A stretch of DNA of 63,297 nt, the filler included, from Clostridiaceae bacterium (GTDB lineage Bacteria; Bacillota; Clostridia; CAYPLH01; DUMO01): NCBI GenBank assembly GCA_012839865.1. It is 3 parts of 3 records of this genome, joined end to end, with 100 filler letters (N's around TTAATTAATTAA, not from the genome) between each part and the next. Parts side by side here need not be neighbours in the genome. Positions count along the whole stretch, not along the records: positions 46,975 to 63,297 come from DUMO01000048.1; 2 more parts are not named here. One strand, written 5' to 3'. The notes beneath the pieces were generated by a model. That model was not told the origin of the DNA, did not search any database, and saw only the letters and a list, made by a program, of their open reading frames with translations. Position numbers and translations under genes: made by a program. Below, piece by piece: positions 60,004 to 63,297 of the stretch (within the stretch, counting starts at the first letter, position 1; every line of letters starts with the position of its first letter).

Positions 60004-62337
60004 ATGAAAAAACTCATTTCACTGGTAATATGCTTCATACTGGTGTTTTCAATGTTTCAACCGGCATTTTCAGAAAGTGATACCATAACATGGACCGGAG
60101 AAGTAAATAACTCGTGGCATGAGGCCGAAAACTGGACGCCTAAGAGAGTACCCGGTCCGGGAGATACGGCAGTCATCCCTGAATCCAAGGTGGTCATCAT
60201 CTCCACCGATACAACCGTAACACTGGATTGTTCCGGTGAAGTTACAGTGGAACAGGGAGCACATCTTACACTGACAGGCATCAGCCATTTGAGAAACGGA
60301 ACCCTCGGCGGACCTGGCAATATCATCATAACCGGGGAAGAAAGCGAGCTCATATGGTTCAATGGGGATATCGAGGGTGAAGGAACCCTGACCGTTGATC
60401 CGGGTGCCCGGTTGGTCATAGATACGGATTATAGTACATACTTATACATGCGCCGTCCCCTGGTAAACAACGGACATATAGCTGTGGACAGAGGTGAACT
60501 CTGGCTTTTCGGAGGAAGCAAAGGCACCGGTTCTTTCATGATTGCTGAAGATGCATGTCTTTCTTTTGAAGAAGGTGAATTTGATATCAATGGTGATATT
60601 TATAATGAAGGTTTGTTTGTAATATGGTCAGATGGTCCGGTAAATTCAAACGCCGGTTACAGGCAGGGAAGCACGGGTAGTACACTGCTTAATTTTCAGG
60701 AAGCCAACCCTGAAAATTATAAAATAATATGCTTCAATAGCAGTGTCGAATTGGATGGACGCCTGGAATTGCAGGCATGGGATTTTGTTCCAGGTTCTTT
60801 CATACCACCGGGGAATACGTTTGAAATCATGACCTATGGTTCCAGGACCGGTGAATTTTCGGAAATAACCCTTTACCTTGACCTTTACGCGGCAGATCCG
60901 TTGGTAATCAGCCTGGAACTCACCTATGGCGATAAAAGCCTGGTATTGGCCGTAACGGATGATGACCCGCCTGAATTGACCGGTACATATCCTGCCTATG
61001 GAGAAACTTTCCCGCCTGAAACAAGAGTTGATATGCTCCAACTGCAGTTCAGCGAACCGGTTTGGGGTGGGAGCAGCAATACCGAAAAGAAGCTTTACGT
61101 TTATGAAGAAGGGCAGGAAGACCCAATATTCGAACATGCGATCTATCCTAATAACGATTGGTACATAAATGGAAACGGCAGTACTTGTCTTACAGTCGAT
61201 TTGCAGTTCGTTCCTCTCGAATCGGGCAAAACCTATTATGTCCTGATTGACGAAGGTGCGTTTATAGACTGGGTGGGGAATGGCCATCCCGGCATCAGCG
61301 ACAGCAACACATGGAGATTTACAATAGAAGCCGATACCCAGCCTCCCACCGCTCCCGCCAATCTCCAATGCACATATAAAAACTCCGGCAAAATTGTCCT
61401 GCAATGGGAACCCTCCACTGACGATTATGGTCCCGTAAGGTACAATATCTATGGAAAAGAAGACACGGATGAAAATTTTGTATATATTGGTGATACACAG
61501 AGCACAACCTATACGCTGGTTAAACTTAGTTCAGAGCGATACATCTCTCCGTCTACCACATATAATTTTATCGTCAAAGCCGTAGACGGCAGCGGTAATG
61601 AATCCGAGGAATCCAACAGAATATCCGTGACCACCTCTTCACCTCCTCAACTTCACTGGGAAGAGAGCTTTATAGAAATCTTTGAACCCGGCGGTCCATC
61701 CCCCTGGTATCACGGTTTTACCTACGGAGACGGGGAATATTATGCAGTAGGCACATACAGAACCATATTGAGCAACAATGACCTAATAAATACCTTTTGG
61801 AACCGTGAGTACGGGCCATTACAACTCGAGCCGGCGTTGAAGGCAATTGCTTACAGCAATGGCAGGCTTGTGGCGGTAGGCGGCAGTTCCGTTTACTCCA
61901 AAATTTCCGGTGGTGCATGGACCGTAAGCTATCCCGGAAGCGGAATCGCAGCCCTTGAGGATATAGTCGCAGGCAGGGACAAGGAAACCGGCAATGACAT
62001 CTTCGTGGCTGTAGGCAATAATGAAGAGATTTGGTGGTCTGAAAACGGAACCGATTGGGAGCTTTGCCCCCTCCCCTCAAACATCAAAAATTATGATTGC
62101 AGATTCTATGCTGTCGAAGTTGACGAACAAGGCAATTTCATAGCCGTTGGCTGTGTATATGGCTATGATTATGGTGGAAACAGCACCCTCCTGATCTGCA
62201 AATCAACCAACGGCAAGACTTGGAATACAAGCCTCCTTTCAAGCGCTGTTGGTCAATTGACGGGATTAGCATACGGCAACGGAGCCTTTGTCACCGGCGG
62301 CGGTTCGGTCCCTGGAGGTTTTACTGGAGAACGTTAG
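60004..62337 (+). CDS. Secreted multidomain surface protein, N-terminal part (beta-helix-like, SbsA Ig-like, FN3, beta-propeller-like); ends at a frameshift
   Basis: Signal peptide; WTGEVNNSWHEAENW; PPELTGTYP...LQFSEPV...LIDEGAFID; PPTAPANL...YNFIVKAVD; YG.G.Y.AVG-type repeats. Confidence 0.7.
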   Translation: MKKLISLVICFILVFSMFQPAFSESDTITWTGEVNNSWHEAENWTPKRVPGPGDTAVIPESKVVIISTDTTVTLDCSGEVTVEQGAHLTLTGISHLRNGTLGGPGNIIITGEESELIWFNGDIEGEGTLTVDPGARLVIDTDYSTYLYMRRPLVNNGHIAVDRGELWLFGGSKGTGSFMIAEDACLSFEEGEFDINGDIYNEGLFVIWSDGPVNSNAGYRQGSTGSTLLNFQEANPENYKIICFNSSVELDGRLELQAWDFVPGSFIPPGNTFEIMTYGSRTGEFSEITLYLDLYAADPLVISLELTYGDKSLVLAVTDDDPPELTGTYPAYGETFPPETRVDMLQLQFSEPVWGGSSNTEKKLYVYEEGQEDPIFEHAIYPNNDWYINGNGSTCLTVDLQFVPLESGKTYYVLIDEGAFIDWVGNGHPGISDSNTWRFTIEADTQPPTAPANLQCTYKNSGKIVLQWEPSTDDYGPVRYNIYGKEDTDENFVYIGDTQSTTYTLVKLSSERYISPSTTYNFIVKAVDGSGNESEESNRISVTTSSPPQLHWEESFIEIFEPGGPSPWYHGFTYGDGEYYAVGTYRTILSNNDLINTFWNREYGPLQLEPALKAIAYSNGRLVAVGGSSVYSKISGGAWTVSYPGSGIAALEDIVAGRDKETGNDIFVAVGNNEEIWWSENGTDWELCPLPSNIKNYDCRFYAVEVDEQGNFIAVGCVYGYDYGGNSTLLICKSTNGKTWNTSLLSSAVGQLTGLAYGNGAFVTGGGSVPGGFTGER

Positions 62338-63297
62338 TATACGTGGAAGTACTGATGTCGGCAGCCTGGTGGGTTGGAATGAGGGTGCAGTTTCCAATGT
62401 TTGGGTCACAGGCAATGTAACCGGCAGAGGTGAAACCGGTGGCCTGGTTGGGGTTAACCACGGTACGATAAGCGAATCCCGGGTAGAGGGTACTGTAACA
62501 GATGTCTGGGGCGGCTCTGTTGGTGGGTTAGTAGGCGAAAATTTTGATACAATCTCCAACTGCCATGCCGATGCGGTTGTAACCAGTAGTAGTTCTTATG
62601 CAGGCGGCCTGGTGGCATCAAATTATGGCATCATTACCGAATCCTCTGCGGTGGGCTCAGTCCAGGGTTTGAGTTATGTCGGAGGTCTTGTCGGATATAA
62701 TAATGACGGAACTATTATTGATGAATGTTACGCTGCCGGTAACGCGACAGGTACCGAAACAGGAATTTTCAGTTACACCATTGTTGGCGGATTGGTAGGA
62801 TTGAACAGAGGTTCAATCAGCAATTCCTATGCAAGGGGAGATGTATCCGGCCAGGAAGATATTGGGGGCCTTGTCGGGTCTAATGGCGATGTTGGCTCTA
62901 TTATCAATTGTTATTCAACAGGAAGAGTCACCGGATCCTCTTATATCGGTGGTCTGGTTGGATACAGTCATCCTAGTGGTATCATTACCGATAGCTACTG
63001 GGATGCCAGCACATCACAGCAGGGACAATCAGCTGGTGGTACAGGGAAAAACACTGCCGAAATGAAGCAGCGGGCAACCTATGAGAATTGGGATTTTGCC
63101 GGTGTATGGGGGATTAATGGCAGTGATAATGATGGCTATCCCTTCCTGAGATGGCAGGCGTATGAAGCCGTACCTGTTGTACCTTCCAAACCGCTTAATT
63201 TAACTGCCATGCCCGGCAACGGTGAGGTGAAAATCAGCTGGAGTGCGCCTGCCGACGATGGAGGAAGCAGCATCATCCGCTACGAGGTATGCAAGGA
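62312..63297 (+). CDS. GLUG-repeat and FN3 continuation in a +1 frame, running off the window
   Basis: About 985 nt open frame: LENVSIRGSTDVGSLVGWN, several VGGLVG.N repeats, WDFAGVW, YPFLRW, PSKPLNLTA.PGNGEVKISWSAP; no start codon or RBS of its own; absent from the ORF track. Confidence 0.8.
   Translation, partial: MEVLLENVSIRGSTDVGSLVGWNEGAVSNVWVTGNVTGRGETGGLVGVNHGTISESRVEGTVTDVWGGSVGGLVGENFDTISNCHADAVVTSSSSYAGGLVASNYGIITESSAVGSVQGLSYVGGLVGYNNDGTIIDECYAAGNATGTETGIFSYTIVGGLVGLNRGSISNSYARGDVSGQEDIGGLVGSNGDVGSIINCYSTGRVTGSSYIGGLVGYSHPSGIITDSYWDASTSQQGQSAGGTGKNTAEMKQRATYENWDFAGVWGINGSDNDGYPFLRWQAYEAVPVVPSKPLNLTAMPGNGEVKISWSAPADDGGSSIIRYEVCK

Noticed and set aside
62300..62340. Programmed ribosomal frameshift
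   Set aside because: No slippery heptamer or stimulatory structure is evident, and both domains look truncated, which favours a deletion or an error.

Overview
This is a low-GC, endospore-forming clostridial (Firmicutes) draft or MAG sequence. It is three separate contigs (1-19177, 19278-46874, 46975-63297) joined by artificial 100-nt N44-TTAATTAATTAA-N44 spacers, so adjacency across the gaps means nothing. Contig 1 carries a sugar ABC permease pair, a sulfatase, a URO-D/MtaA-fold protein, gnd, yfhO, two peptidases and an FN3/SLH surface protein. It ends in tRNA-Arg(CCT) followed by a repeat-rich, element-like end and an XRE repressor with a divergent, operator-flanked promoter. Contig 2 is mostly core genome (spoVM, rpmB, recG, rsmD, coaD, ylbJ, nth, glgA, a TCS plus ABC module, an OPT transporter plus type II PanK, a GGDEF protein). 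It also has a motif-divergent membrane pyrophosphatase head-to-head with a minimal KdpD/KdpE-like pair. Both of its ends fall in IS200/IS605 tnpB-like sequence, including an intact-looking right end and omega-RNA region. Contig 3 is an accessory, partly decayed surface-protein region: M56 and SEC-C remnants, an N-truncated giant SLH protein, REP-like palindromes, an S8 protease, an AAA-DUF4143 protein, a Na/Pi transporter, a doubled PAS-AraC regulator and a frameshifted GLUG/FN3 adhesin-like gene. The best candidates for undescribed biology are the divergent PPase with its KdpDE-like pair, the tRNA-Arg-linked XRE switch driving an apparently non-coding transcript, the OPT-PanK operon, the double PAS-AraC regulator and the beta-strand-rich SLH giant. 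All calls come from reading motifs by eye; no database searches were run.
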